From Mobula hypostoma (Eukaryota): a DNA stretch of 64,000 bases. The stretch's first letter is position 1, and the number at the start of each line of letters is the position of its first letter. Under the pieces are notes generated by a model. It was not told where the DNA came from, made no database searches, and was given only the letters and a program-made list of their open reading frames with translations. Below, piece after piece: positions 1 to 11,681 of the stretch. A program made the position numbers and the translations under genes. The stretch spans positions 92,320,001 through 92,384,000 of the forward strand of contig NC_086108.1 in NCBI RefSeq assembly GCF_963921235.1. The letters are read 5' to 3'.

Positions 1-225
1 CCCCCCTTGACCGTATAGGTTTCCTCCAGGTGCTCCAGTTTCCTCCCACACTCCAAATTTGTATGTATTAGGGTTAGTGAGTTGTGGGCATGCTATGTTG
101 GCACTGGGAAGTGTGGCAACACCTGCAACCTGCTCAGCTCAATGTTTGCTCACTTGATTTGATGAAAAAAAAGCGCATTTCACTGTTTGTTTCAATGTGC
201 ATGTGACAAACAAAGCTAATCTTCA
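1..225 (+). mobile_element. V-SINE (HE1-like) fragment
   Basis: V-domain-like GGTTTCCTCCAGGTGCTCCAGTTTCCTCCCACA; homologous to copies at 29677 and 60148. Confidence 0.7.
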
Positions 226-243
226 CACAATGCTAATCATTCC

Positions 244-720
244 TTGAATGCAGCATCACAAGTAAACAGGCTGGGCAAAAAAAAAGTGTTTAGCATGTCG
301 CCCTTCATCAGTGATGGCACTGAGTACAGGAGCTGGGACTTGGTGTTCCAGTTGTACAAGTTGTTGGTGAGGTCGTACTGGGAGTATTGTGCAGGGTTAC
401 AGTTACTCTGTTGTAGGAAAGAAGTGGTTAAACTGGAACTAGTGCAGAAAAGATTTATGAGAACGTTGCCAGGTCTAGAGGGCCTGAGTAAAAGGAAGAA
501 CTGAGCCAAGCCAACTTGGAGCATACAAGAATAAGTGGTGATTTTATAGAAAGTTTATAAAATCATGAGGTGCATAGGTAGGAGAAGGGTAGGGACCAAA
601 ACAAGGGGGCATAGATTTAGGGTGAGAGAAGAGAAATTCAGAAGGGACCTGAGGGGCAACTTTTGCACGCAGAAGGTGGAATGAACTACCAGAACAAGTA
701 GTTGAGGTAGGTACAATAAT
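244..720 (+). mobile_element. Degenerate CR1 LINE 3' ORF2 fragment
   Basis: QLYKLLVRSYWEYC...KLELVQKRFMRTLPGLEGLS motif. Confidence 0.75.
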
Positions 721-769
721 ATTAAATACCTCTTAAATGTCTCTATGATATCTGACTCCACCATCACAC

Positions 770-1195
770 CTTAGAATGAGAATCAGAATAAGGTTCTATA
801 TCACTGGCGCCCATCATGAAATTTGATGTTTTGTAGCAGCAGTCCATTGCAATATATAATAAAAAATATAAATTACAATAAGACAGGTCCTCTAAAATAA
901 TAACACCAAGGGATTTCAAGTTGCTGACCACCCCCCCCCCCACCTCTGATCCTCCAATAACGACTGGTTCATGGACCTCTGGTTTCCTCCTCCTGAAGTC
1001 AATAATCAGCTCCTTGCTCTTGCTGATATTGAGTGAGAGGATGTTACTGTGGCACGACTCAGCCAGATTTTCAAGCTCCCTCCTATATGCTAACTCATCA
1101 CCACCTTTGATTCGGTCAGCAACAGTGGTGTCATCAGCAAACTGGAATATGGCACTGGAGCTGTGCTTAGCTACACAGTCATAAATGTAAAGCGA
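770..1195 (-). mobile_element. Rex1/Babar-type LINE fragment
   Basis: Antisense RT segment (FADDTTVADRI...ESAYRRELENL) and tail region shared with other copies in the window. Confidence 0.6.
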
Positions 1196-1950
1196 TTAGA
1201 TTATTATCAAAATGGGGAGAAGGTTCAAACGTCAGAGGTGCAGAGGGACTTGGGAGTCTTCGTACAAGACTCCCAGAAGGTTAATTTATAGGTTAAGTCT
1301 GTGGTAAAGAAGGCAAATGCAATGTTGGTATTTATTTCAAGGGGAATAGAAGGAGATAATTCTGAGCCTTTATAAGACACTAGTCAGGCTGCACCTGGAG
1401 TATTATCAACAGTTTTGGGCCCCATATCTCAGAAGAGATGTGTCATCTTTGGAGAGAGTCCAGAGGAGGTTCACGAGGATGATTCTAGGAATGAAGGGAT
1501 TAATATATAAGGAGCATTTGACAGCTTTGGGCCTGTACTCACTGGAATTTAGAAGAATGCAGGGGAATCTCATTGAAATCTACTGAATGTTGAAATGACT
1601 AGATAAGATGGATGTGGAGAGGATGTTTCCTATGGTGGGGGTGTGAAGAACTAGAGGGCACAGCCTCAAAATTGAGGGGCAACCTTATAGAATAGAGGTA
1701 AGGAGGAATTTTTTTAGCCAGAGAGTAGTGAGTCTATGGAATGTTCTGCCACAGACTGCAGTGGAGGCCAAGTCCGTAGGTATATTTAAGCTGGAAGTTG
1801 ATCGTTTCCTGATCAGTCAGGGCATTGAAAGATATGGCGGAAAGGCAGGTGTATGAGGTTGAGAGGGATCTGGGATCAGTAATGATGGAATGGTGGAGCA
1901 GACTCAGTGGGCTGAATGGCTTAATTCTGCTCCCATGTCTTATGGTCCTA
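1196..1950 (+). mobile_element. CR1 LINE 3' fragment
   Basis: Decayed QRDLGVFVQDS...TRGHSLKIEG coding sequence followed by the CR1 3' UTR hairpin and TCTTATGG tail. Confidence 0.85.
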
Positions 1951-2335
1951 TGGATTATTGACGAACGTCCAGCAGTTGTAAGTTGTCTAATTAATGACAA
2001 TATCAACCGCTTTCACTGGCAATGAGGAAGATCACAAACTGGTAGAACACTTGCTGTCATTTTGGACTTTTTGTGGGAGTGTCATGTTATGCTACTGATT
2101 TTTAGTCTAGTATGTGAAATCATTTACACTGAGATCTTACTGAAGGTGCCAGAGGCACAACTGAGTTCCTTCACACTACCTACTTCAGTAAATTTAAAAG
2201 ATTGAACTCTTAAAACAACTTGGTATATCAGAGATGCTGGGGTGCACCAAACCTGTGATGTGTAAATCGACGTAATGGAACTAGTGAAGAAGTATTAAAG
2301 GCTTGCATTTTTCATTTGAAGAAAACTGTAATTGA

Positions 2336-3020
2336 CAGACACAAGAGATTCTGCAGATGCTGGAAATCCATAGCAACATACACAAAATGCCGAAGGAACC
2401 TAGCAGGTCAAGCAGTATCCATGGAAGGGAATAAACAGTCAACGTTTTGGGACGAGACCCTTCATCAGGACTGAAAAAGAAGCCTCCTCTGCTGCCCCAA
2501 AGAGGCAACTCTTAGGTTGGAGGAACAACACCTCATATTCCCACTAGTCAGCTCCAACCTGACATTATGAACTTCGATTTCCCTAACTTCTGGTAATCTC
2601 TCCCACTTCCCCTTCTCTCTTTTTCCATTCTCCATTCTGGCTTCCTTCTTGCCCCTTCTTTTCTCCTCACTTGCCCATGACATATCTGGTGAATCTCCTC
2701 CTTCCCTTTCTCCTATGGTTCACTCTCCTCCCCTATCAGATTCCTTCTTCTTCAGCCTTTTTACCTCTTCCACCTATCACCTCCCAGCTTCTTACTTCAT
2801 CTGACTTCCTCACTCACATACCTTCCGCTCTCACATACCACCTGCCAGTTTGAACACCTTCCCCTCCCCGACCTTCTTATTCCGACTTCCATCCCCTTCC
2901 TTTCCATTCTTGCTGAAGGGTCTCGGCTGGAAACGTTGACTGTTTATTCCTCTCCATAGAGGTTGCCTGACGTGCTGAGTTCCTCCAGTATTTTGTGTGA
3001 GCTGCCCTGGCTTTGACGGG
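2336..3020. mobile_element. Penelope-like element, inverted (fold-back) terminal fragments
   Basis: Minus-strand terminus 2336-2480 abuts a plus-strand GIY-YIG C-terminal remnant (LRLEEQHLIF), pyrimidine-rich UTR and terminus; decayed hammerhead motifs in both. Confidence 0.8.
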
Positions 3021-4001
3021 ATTCTTCTCAAATGAACAGTACCTAGAAGCATTCCAACAAATCTGTGTTGTTTGTTTTGTATATTTTAATACATCTGATT
3101 GATCATCACCTCAGTATCTGCAGCAAAATAAGTTATTGACATTGGTAGTAGAGCAGCTGGAATACTATGCAAATATTCCTTTGGTGTTTATCCAGCATTT
3201 GACACCAGACGTTTGTCCCTCACGGAACAAAGGATTGTAGGAGCTGTTCTGCATGAAAGAATTCAGGCAAAGGTTAACCATAGCAGCTGCCATCCTATAG
3301 CTCTCCTTTGGAATTGGAATTGGTTTATTGTTATCACATGTACTGAAGTGTCTTGCATACTGTTCATACAGACCAAATCATTACACAGTGCATTGAGGTA
3401 AAACAATGACAGAATGCAGAATGAAGTGCAACAGTCCAGCAAAAGTGTAATCCAGATCAACAATAAAATGCAAGGTCGTAATGGGTAGATTATGAGGTCA
3501 CAAATCCATCTTATTGTAGTAGAGAACCATTCAATAGTCTTAAGACAGCAAGATAGAAGCTGTCCTTGAACCTGGAGGTACATGATCTCAGGCTTTTGTA
3601 ACTTCTACCCAGTGGAAGAGGTGAGAAGAGGAGATGTTCACGGAGGGTGACTTTGATTATGCTGGCTGCTTTACTGATGCCTGAGAATATAGCATACACA
3701 AAGATCTAAAGAGAGGGTCACTCAACATCAGACTTCAAAACCTCCCCTCATACTCACGGTTCTGCTTAGCCTGCAGGAAGCTAATTTGCTTTTCCAGATT
3801 TCAAAGCGTCTTGTCACAGGAACACCGTGACTATTTTATGATGGCCCAGACCCATTAATCATAAAGTTCCCTCATTCTTTAAGGTCTATTTGGGAACTCA
3901 ATCTTTTCATAGAGTGGCTGGTGGATTTAATCAGAAAGATATGTGTTTCCCATGAGTAGGAACTTGCTCTCCAAGTTCTTATAACAATAAAAATTGCTCA
4001 T

Positions 4002-4360
4002 TATGTGCCATGTCATATGACGTAGGCGATCATGGTCTTTCCATGACCACGATTGCTCTTGGCAATTTTTTCTACAGAAGTAGTTTGCCATTGCCTTCTT
4101 CTGGGCAGTGTCTTCACAAGGTGGGTGACCTCAACCATTATCAATTCTCTTCCGAGATTGTCTGCCTGGCATCAGTGGTCGCATAAACAGGTCCTGTGAT
4201 AAGCACATATGACCTTCCGCCACCTGCTCCATGGCTTTACCTGACCCTAATTAGGGGGCTAAGTAGGGGCAACACCTTGCCCAGGGGTGACCTGCAGGCT
4301 AGTGGAGGGAAGGAGCGCCTTACTCCTCCTTTGGTAGAGACCGATCTCCACCCCACCACA
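4002..4360 (-). mobile_element. SINE-like repeat with RTE/Bov-A-like motif
   Basis: Reverse complement contains CCCAGAAGAAGGCAATGGCAAAC; homologous to 25015-25303, 23225-23370, 27340-27425 and 41330-41408. Confidence 0.55.
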
Positions 4361-5416
4361 CTAGCGATCTTAATACACCTGCTATAAGTGAACGAGTTTT
4401 GGGTGATGAAAGACATATAAGATTTTTAAAAATACAAACAACATTTAAATCAAATTATTTCAAATTACGAATGCTGAAAGACATTGAAATGTAAACTGCA
4501 GATACTGGAAATCTGAAATAAAAGCTGAAGTTGCTGGAAACACTATCCAGGTCGGGCAGCATCTGTGGAAAAGAAACGTTTTATTTCTGAGGTCCTTTGA
4601 ACTTAATGAAAGTTTCCGGGCTGGAAACTTTAATTCTGGTTTTCTTTCCAATGATAGCCAGCCTTTAATATAGTTAGATCCTAACTTAATTCATCTCTTT
4701 GTTGTTGCCACATAATGCTACTAGTATTGATCTAAATATTCCAAATTAAGAAATGATGAATGTGCATTTGAAATTCCTGAACACATTTACAGCTGACAAG
4801 TGATTATAGTTGCTTTAAAACTGGGGACACTCAGATACAAAAACACATCCACTTAAGCAAAAGCTTATTTTTGTCCGCCCACTTTTCAACAAATAACTCC
4901 CACACAGAATGAACATCAATAAAAGGGCAGTCAGTGTGTTTTATGGTCATTGGTGATACATAAAGGAAATGAAGGCTATTGCAACTGAGCCAGCATTTAG
5001 CAATTTTTTATGATGAATTAAAATATTTCTATTAACATTAAATTTGCAAGGATTAGCCTTCTTTGCTGTAATGCATTGTCAGTGAAAAAAATAAAGCAAC
5101 CAACTAAAACTGCCAATTTAAAAACTCATACACCATGATAAAATATCAGGGGAGTGAAACATTTCATAAATCACTTCTATTTTAGAGCAAACTATATCAG
5201 ACCGTTTCGCATTCAGTTTCAGTGCTGGCTAAAGCACTTCAAGGTTCAAAGTTCAAAATATATTTATTATCAAAGTATGCATGCTATATACAGCCTTGAG
5301 ATTTGTTACCCTATAGGCAGCCACAAATCAAAGAGACCCAATATAACCCATTAAAAAAGAACACCATCAAACAGCCAATGTGCGATAAAAAAGAACAAAT
5401 ATTGTAAACAATAAAA

Positions 5417-6040
5417 AGGCGGGAGGAGTAAGAGCAGCACACCGTGCGCGCGCAGCCTTCCAGTGAAAATGCTATCGTATCCGTTAAATAGGGGTTGTGG
5501 ACAATTCTGATTTGATGGAGACAGACATGAAAGCACAGAGGAACATCTGGAGAAATTTCTGAAATACCAGTTTGCTGCTGCTGTTACTGGGCAATCAAGA
5601 ATCTTCCGGAGGGAAGGCCTCAAAATCCCCGGCTTTGCCTGCTGCTGGCGACTGAGATTGAGGTCGAATCGTTCGGATAGAGATGGCGCTCGGTACTCGG
5701 TGTCGGAGGGCTGATCAGAGCTCGAAGTTTTCGGATGACTCAGAGTCGGACTGTGGTCGGGCATGGCAGGGAGAGTTTTCTTCCTTCTCCCGTCTGCATG
5801 AGATGTGGGACGTTTGAGAGACTGAACTTTTTACTCCGCTCATGGACTGTTCTTCTTCAAGTTATGGTATTGTTGCACTGTTGTAACTATATGTTATAAT
5901 TCTGTGGTTTTGTTAGTTTTTTCAGTCTTGGTCTGTCCTGTGTTTTGTGATATCACACCAGAGGAAATATTGTATCATTTCTTAATGCATGTATTACTAA
6001 ATGACAATAAAAGAGGACTGTGTCTTCATAATCTAATCTA
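5417..6040 (+). mobile_element. CpG-rich non-autonomous retroelement nested in an older antisense repeat (5243-6585)
   Basis: CpG-rich 5' half, AATAAA and (TAATC)n tail; the flanks resume a single older repeat. Confidence 0.5.
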
Positions 6041-7193
6041 AGTAAGAAAACAGCATTCAGAACTGAAGTTCATGAAAGTGAGTTCACGAAGCCAGTTCAT
6101 TGCTGCAGCCAGTCCAGGAGCCCATTAGTTGCAGGTGAAATCCTCAGTTCAGAGCAGAGTCAAGAAAACCTCAATGAGCAGCGAGCTGAACATCTGCCCC
6201 TCCCTCGCTTCTGGTCCTGCCACCCCAACCTTTTCAATCCGGTCTGGCAGCTAAGTCGACCAAACATCAGCTCGTCCCCTGCTTTCGGGCACGGGGCTCC
6301 TCCGCTTCAACTTTGCCTCGCTTCAGATCTGCCTCCTCGAGTCGGTTCCAGCCTCATCCCAAGCTCTCGAGCCCAGGCCAAGCAGCCTCCTGCTCCTCCA
6401 AGACTTCAGTTCAGTTCACACTACAAAAATGCCAGGTTGTACAGGCTGAACTCCAAAAGGGAAGTTAGACGCCATTGATTGCAGTGATCGTTGCCCAGAA
6501 AAAGTGTGATTAATAAAGTAGTTAGTAGTTTTGTTTGTTGCTGGTAAGGCGTCGCTGTATTTCACCAGCGCTATCTCTTCCGGTCTCCTCTTAATTCATC
6601 CTATTGAACACCATGCTAGAAGATAAACTCTTTCCTACTGAATCCTGACGTAGTCAATTTCTGATCTAAGCTCAACAATTAAACTACAAAAAGCCAACAT
6701 CTAGACTAAAATGTTCCTTAATTGTCTGGTATTTAATGCTCAACAGATTAAGAGCAATCAATGCCCAGTCACATTTTATTTAAAATCTACAACACATCTT
6801 GAAGTCTAATCACTTTTGTGTTAAAAGCATCTTTGTTGTGCTCTTTTTGTTTAGATTGTACCGCTAAATAAATGATGAAATGAGGTGTGATACAGAAATC
6901 AGAAAATTATCTATTTTTATCCAAGTGCATTATGTCCCAGACAATGTTAAAATGCAAGTATTTTTAACATAAAATTTTAGTTTTTTTTCCATTTTAAGTA
7001 TTTCTTACATTTATAATGCAGTGAAATATTTTAAGACATTGTTGAGCCTGACATATTTTTTGACTGAGTATTGGCCCCTTGTTTACTGTGTTGAAAAGTT
7101 GAGCATTAATCAATTGCTGTTCTTTATTGAATGGCTTGTCATATGAAGAGCATCTGATGGGTTTGGACCCACATTCACTAGAATTCAGAAGAA

Positions 7194-7785
7194 TTGTACA
7201 AGGCCTTGGTGAGACCACACCTGGAGTATTGTGTGCAGTTTTGGTCCCCTAATCTGAGGAAAGACATCCTTGCCATAGAGGGAGTACAAAGAAGGTTCAC
7301 CAGATTGATTCCTGGGATGGCAGGACTTTCATATGATGAAAGACTGGACCGACTAGGCTTATACTCGTTGGAATTTAGAAGATTGAGGGGAGATCTTATT
7401 GAAACGTATAAAATCCTAAAGGGATTGGACAGGCTAGATGCAGGAAGATTGTTCCCAATGTTGGGGAAGTCCAGAACGAGGGGTCACAGTTTGAGGATAA
7501 AGGGGAAACCTTTTAGGACCGAGATTAGGAAAAACTTCTTCACATAGAGAGTGGTGAATCTGTGGAATTCTCTGCCACAGGAAACAGTTGAGGCCAGTTC
7601 ATTGGCTATATTTAAGAGGGAGTTAGATATAGCCCTTGTGGCTAAAGGGATCAGGGGGTATGGAGGGAAGGCTGGTACAGGGTTCTGAGTTGGATGAGCA
7701 GCCATGAACATACTGAATGGTGGTGCAGGCTCGAAGGGCTGAATGGCCTACTCCTGCACCTATTTTCTATGTTTCTATGTTTCTA
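7194..7785 (+). mobile_element. Young 5'-truncated CR1
   Basis: LYKALVRPHLEYCVQFWSPNLRKD ORF, GGTGCAGG...CCTGCACC hairpin, (TTTCTATG)n tail; nearly identical to 10658-11245. Confidence 0.93.
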
Positions 7786-8003
7786 ATGAAGGGAGACATC
7801 CTTGAAACCTATTGAATGGTGAAAGACCTTGATAGTGTGGATGTGGAGAGGTTGTTTCCTATGGTGGGAGAGTCTAAGACCAGAGGACACAGCCTCAAAG
7901 TAGAGGGGCATCCTTTTAGAATGGAGATGAGAAGGAATTTCTTTAGCCAGAGAATGGTAAATCTGTGGAATTCTTTGCCACAGGCAGCTGTAGAGACCAA
8001 GTC

Positions 8004-8114
8004 TTTTGGCGCAGGCGTGACCTGTACAAAAAGGACGGGTTACACTTGAATCCTAGGGGGACCAATATCCTGGCGGGGAGATTAGCGGGGGCTACTGAGG
8101 TGACTTTAAACTAG
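8004..8114 (+). pseudogene. CR1 ORF1 C-terminal remnant (SGNH esterase-like)
   Basis: FWRRRDLYKKDGLHLNPRGTNILAGRLAGATEVTLN*; DGLHL is the SGNH block V DxxH motif. Confidence 0.85.
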
Positions 8115-11100
8115 GATGGTTGGGGGGTGGGAATCAAATTAAAGAGGCTAGGCGTGAGGAGGTTAGTTCACAACAGAGGGATGGGAACCAGTGCAGAGAG
8201 ACAGAGGGGTGTAAAGTGAGCGTAGAAGCAAAAAGTACAAAGGAGAAAAGTAAAAGTGGCAGGCCGACAAATCCAGGGCAAGCATTGAAAAGGGCCACTT
8301 TTCAACATAATTGTACAAGGGCTAAGAGAGTTGTAAAAGAGCGCCTGAAGGCTTTATGTGTCAATGCAAGGAGCATTCGTAATAAGGTGGATGAATTGAG
8401 AGTGCAGATTGTTATTAATGATTATGATATAGTTGGGATCACAGAGACATGGCTCCAGGGTGACCAGGGATGGGAGCTCAACGTTCAGGGATATTCAATA
8501 TTCAGGAGGGATAGACATGAAGGAAGGGGAGGTGGGGTGGCGTTGCTGGTTAAAGAAGAGATTAACGCAATAGAAAGGAAGGACATAAGCCGGGAAGATG
8601 TGGAATCGATATGGGTAGAGCTGCGTAACACTAAGGGGCAGAAGACGCTGGTGGGAGTTGTGTACAGGCCACCTAACAGTAGTAGTGAGGTCGGAGATGG
8701 TATTGAACAGGAAATTAGAAATGTGTGCAATAAAGGAACAGCAGTTATAATGGGTGACTTCAATCTACATGTAGACTGGGTGAACCAAATTGGTAAAGGT
8801 GCTGAGGAAGAGGATTTCTTGGAATGTATGCGGGATGGTTTTTTGAACCAACATGTCGAGGAACCAGCTAGAGAGCAGGCTATTCTGGACTGGGTTTTGA
8901 GCAATGAGGAAGGGTTAATTAGCGATCTTGTCGTGAGAGGCCCCTTGGGTAAGAGTGACCATAATATGGTGGAATTCTTCATTAAGATGGAGAGTGACAT
9001 AGTTAATTCAGAAACAAAGGTTCTGAACTTAAAGAGGGGTAACTTTGAAGGTATGAGACGTGAATTAGCTAAGATAGACTGGCAAATGACACTTAAAGGA
9101 TTGACGGTGGATATGCAATGGCAAGCATTTATAGGTTGCATGGATGAACTACAACAATTGTTCATCCCAGTTTGGCAAAAGAATAAATCAAGGAAGGTAG
9201 TGCACCCGTGGCTGACAAGAGAAATTAGGGATAGTATCAATTCCAAAGAAGTAGCATACAAATTAGCCAGAGAAAGTGGCTCACCTGAGGACTGGGAGAA
9301 ATTCAGAGTTCAGCAGAGGAGGACAAAGGGCTTAATTAGGAAGGGGAAAAAAGATTATGAGAGAAACTGGCAGAGAACATAAAAACGGACTGTAAAAGCT
9401 TTTATAGATATGTAAAAAGGAAAAGACTGGTAAAGACAAATGTAGGTCCCCTGCAGACAGAAACAGGTGAATTGATTATGGGGAGCAAGGACATGGCAGA
9501 TCAATTGAATAATTACTTTGGTTCTGTCTTCACTAAGGAGGACATAAATAATCTTCCAGAAATAGTAAGGGACAGAGGGTCCAGTGAGATGGAGGAACTG
9601 AGTGAAATACATGTTAGTAGGGAAGTGGTGTTAGGTAAATTGAAGGGATTGAAGGCAGATAAATCCCCAGGGCCAGATGGTCTGCATCCTAGAGTGCTTA
9701 AGGAAGTAGCCCAAGAAATAGTGGATGCATTAGCGATAATTTTTCAAAACTCGTTAGATTCTGGACTAGTTCCTGAGGATTGGAGGGTGGCTAATGTAAC
9801 CCCAATTTTTAAAAAAGGAGGGAGAGAGAAACCGGGGAATTATAGACCGGTTAGCCTAACGTCGGTGATGGGGAAACTGCTGGAGTCAGTTATCAAGGAT
9901 GTGATAACAGCACATTTGGAAAGCGGAGAAATGATCGGACAAAGTCAGCATGGATTTGTGAAAGAAAAATCATGTCTGACGAATCTCATAGAATTTTTTG
10001 AGTATGTAACTAGTAGAGTGGATAGGGGAGAACCACTGGATGTGGTATATTTGGATTTTCAAAAGGCTTTTGACAAGGTCCCACACAGGAGATTAGTGTG
10101 CAAACTTAAAGCACACGGTATTGGGGGTAAGGTATTGGTGTGGGTGGAGAATTAGTTAGCAGACAGGAAGCAAAGAATGGGAATAAACGGGACCTTTTCA
10201 GAATGGCAGGCGGTGACTAGTGGGGTACCGCAAGGCTCAGTGCTGGGACCCCAGTTGTTTACAATATATATTAATGACTTGGATGAGGGAATTAAAGGCA
10301 GCATCTCCAAGTTTGCGGATGACACGAAGCTGGGCGGCAGTGTTAGCAGTGAGGAGGATGCTAAGAGGATGCAGGGTGACTTGGATAGGTTGGGTGAGTG
10401 GGCAAACTCATGGCAGATGCAATTTAATGTGGATAAATGTGAAGTTATCCACTTTGGTGGCAAAAATAGGAAAACAGATTATTATCTGAATGGTGGCCGA
10501 TTAGGAAAAGGGGAGGTGCAACGAGACCTGGGTGTCATTATACACCAGTCATTGAAAGTGGGCATGCAGGTACAGCAGGCAGTGAAAAAGGCGAATGGTA
10601 TGCTGGCACTTATAGCGAGAGGATTCGAGTACAGGAGCAGGGAGGTACTACTGCAGTTGTACAAGGCCTTGGTGAGACCACACCTGGAGTATTGTGTGCA
10701 GTTTTGGTCCCCTAATCTGAGGAAAGACATCTTTGCCATAGAGGGAGTACAAAGAAGGTTCACCAGATTGATTCCTGGCATGGCAGGACTTTCATATGAA
10801 GAAAGACTGGATGAACTGGGCTTGTACTCGTTGGAATTTAGAAGATTGAGGGGGGATCTGATTGAAACGTATAAGATCCTAAAGGGATTGGACAGGCTAG
10901 ATGCAGGAAGATTGTTCCCGATGTTGGGGAAGTCCAGAACGAGGGGTCACAGTTTGAGGATAGAGGGGAAGCCTTTTAGGACCGAGATTAGGAAAAACTT
11001 CTTCACACAGAGAGTGGTGAATCTGTGGAATTCTCTGCCACAGCAAACTGTTGAGGCCAGTTCATTGGCTATGTTTAAGAGGGAGTTAGATATGGCCCTT

Positions 11101-11151
11101 GTGGCTACAGGGGTCAGGGGGTATGGAGGGAAGGCTGGGGCGGGGTTCTGA
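8105..11151 (+). pseudogene. CR1 ORF2 (APE endonuclease + reverse transcriptase) with one frameshift and one nonsense codon
   Basis: NARS, ITETW, YRPP, GDFN and SDH (EN); YRPVSLTS, DFQKAFDKV, GVPQGSVLGP and KFADDTK (RT). 1-nt deletion at ~9365; TAG at 10153-10155 where the family has Trp. Confidence 0.93.
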
Positions 11152-11681
11152 GTTGGATGATCAGCCATGATCATAATAAATGGCGGTGCAGGCTCGAAGG
11201 GCCGAATGGCCTACTCCTGCACCAATTTTCTATGTTTCTATGTTTATGTATATTTAAGGCAGAGGTTGATATTTTCTTGATTGGTCAGGGCATGAAGGTG
11301 TACGGGGAGAAGGCAGGAGATTGGGGCTGAGTGGAAAATTAGATCAGACATAATGAAATGTCGGAGCAGACTCGATGGGCCAAATGGCCTAATCCTGCTC
11401 CTATATCTTATGGTCTTATATTTGCTCCAGATGGGATCCTTGCAGCCTGTTATCCAATAAGTTTGGCCTAACAATGCTTTCACAACTACTAACAAAATGC
11501 TAAAAGTGGTTAGAAACCACTTCAGCCAGTGGCAAGCTGGAACCAAGGCATGGAAACACTCACTACCAGGCTCAACAATAGATTCTATCCCGTCTTTATA
11601 AGATCATTGAACAGATCCTCTTATACAATAAAAACGAACTCTTAATTTCTCAATCTACCTCACCATGTCTTTTGCACCTTA

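Larger units (their letters stand above)
8004..11245 (+). mobile_element. Near-complete young CR1 LINE (ORF1 tail, whole ORF2, 3' UTR)
   Basis: ORF1 esterase C-terminus, APE endonuclease, RT, 3' hairpin and octamer tail. Confidence 0.96.
7127..11420 (+). mobile_element. Old CR1 3' fragment split into 7127-7193, 7786-8003 and 11246-11420 by two younger CR1s
   Basis: The pieces rejoin as GAATTCAGAAG/AATGAAGGGAGA and ACCAAGTC/TTTATGTATATTTAAGGCAGAGG, continuous CR1 sequence. Confidence 0.85.

Noticed and set aside
8485..9261. 258-aa minus-strand ORF
   Set aside because: Antisense shadow of the CR1 endonuclease; no recognisable domain.
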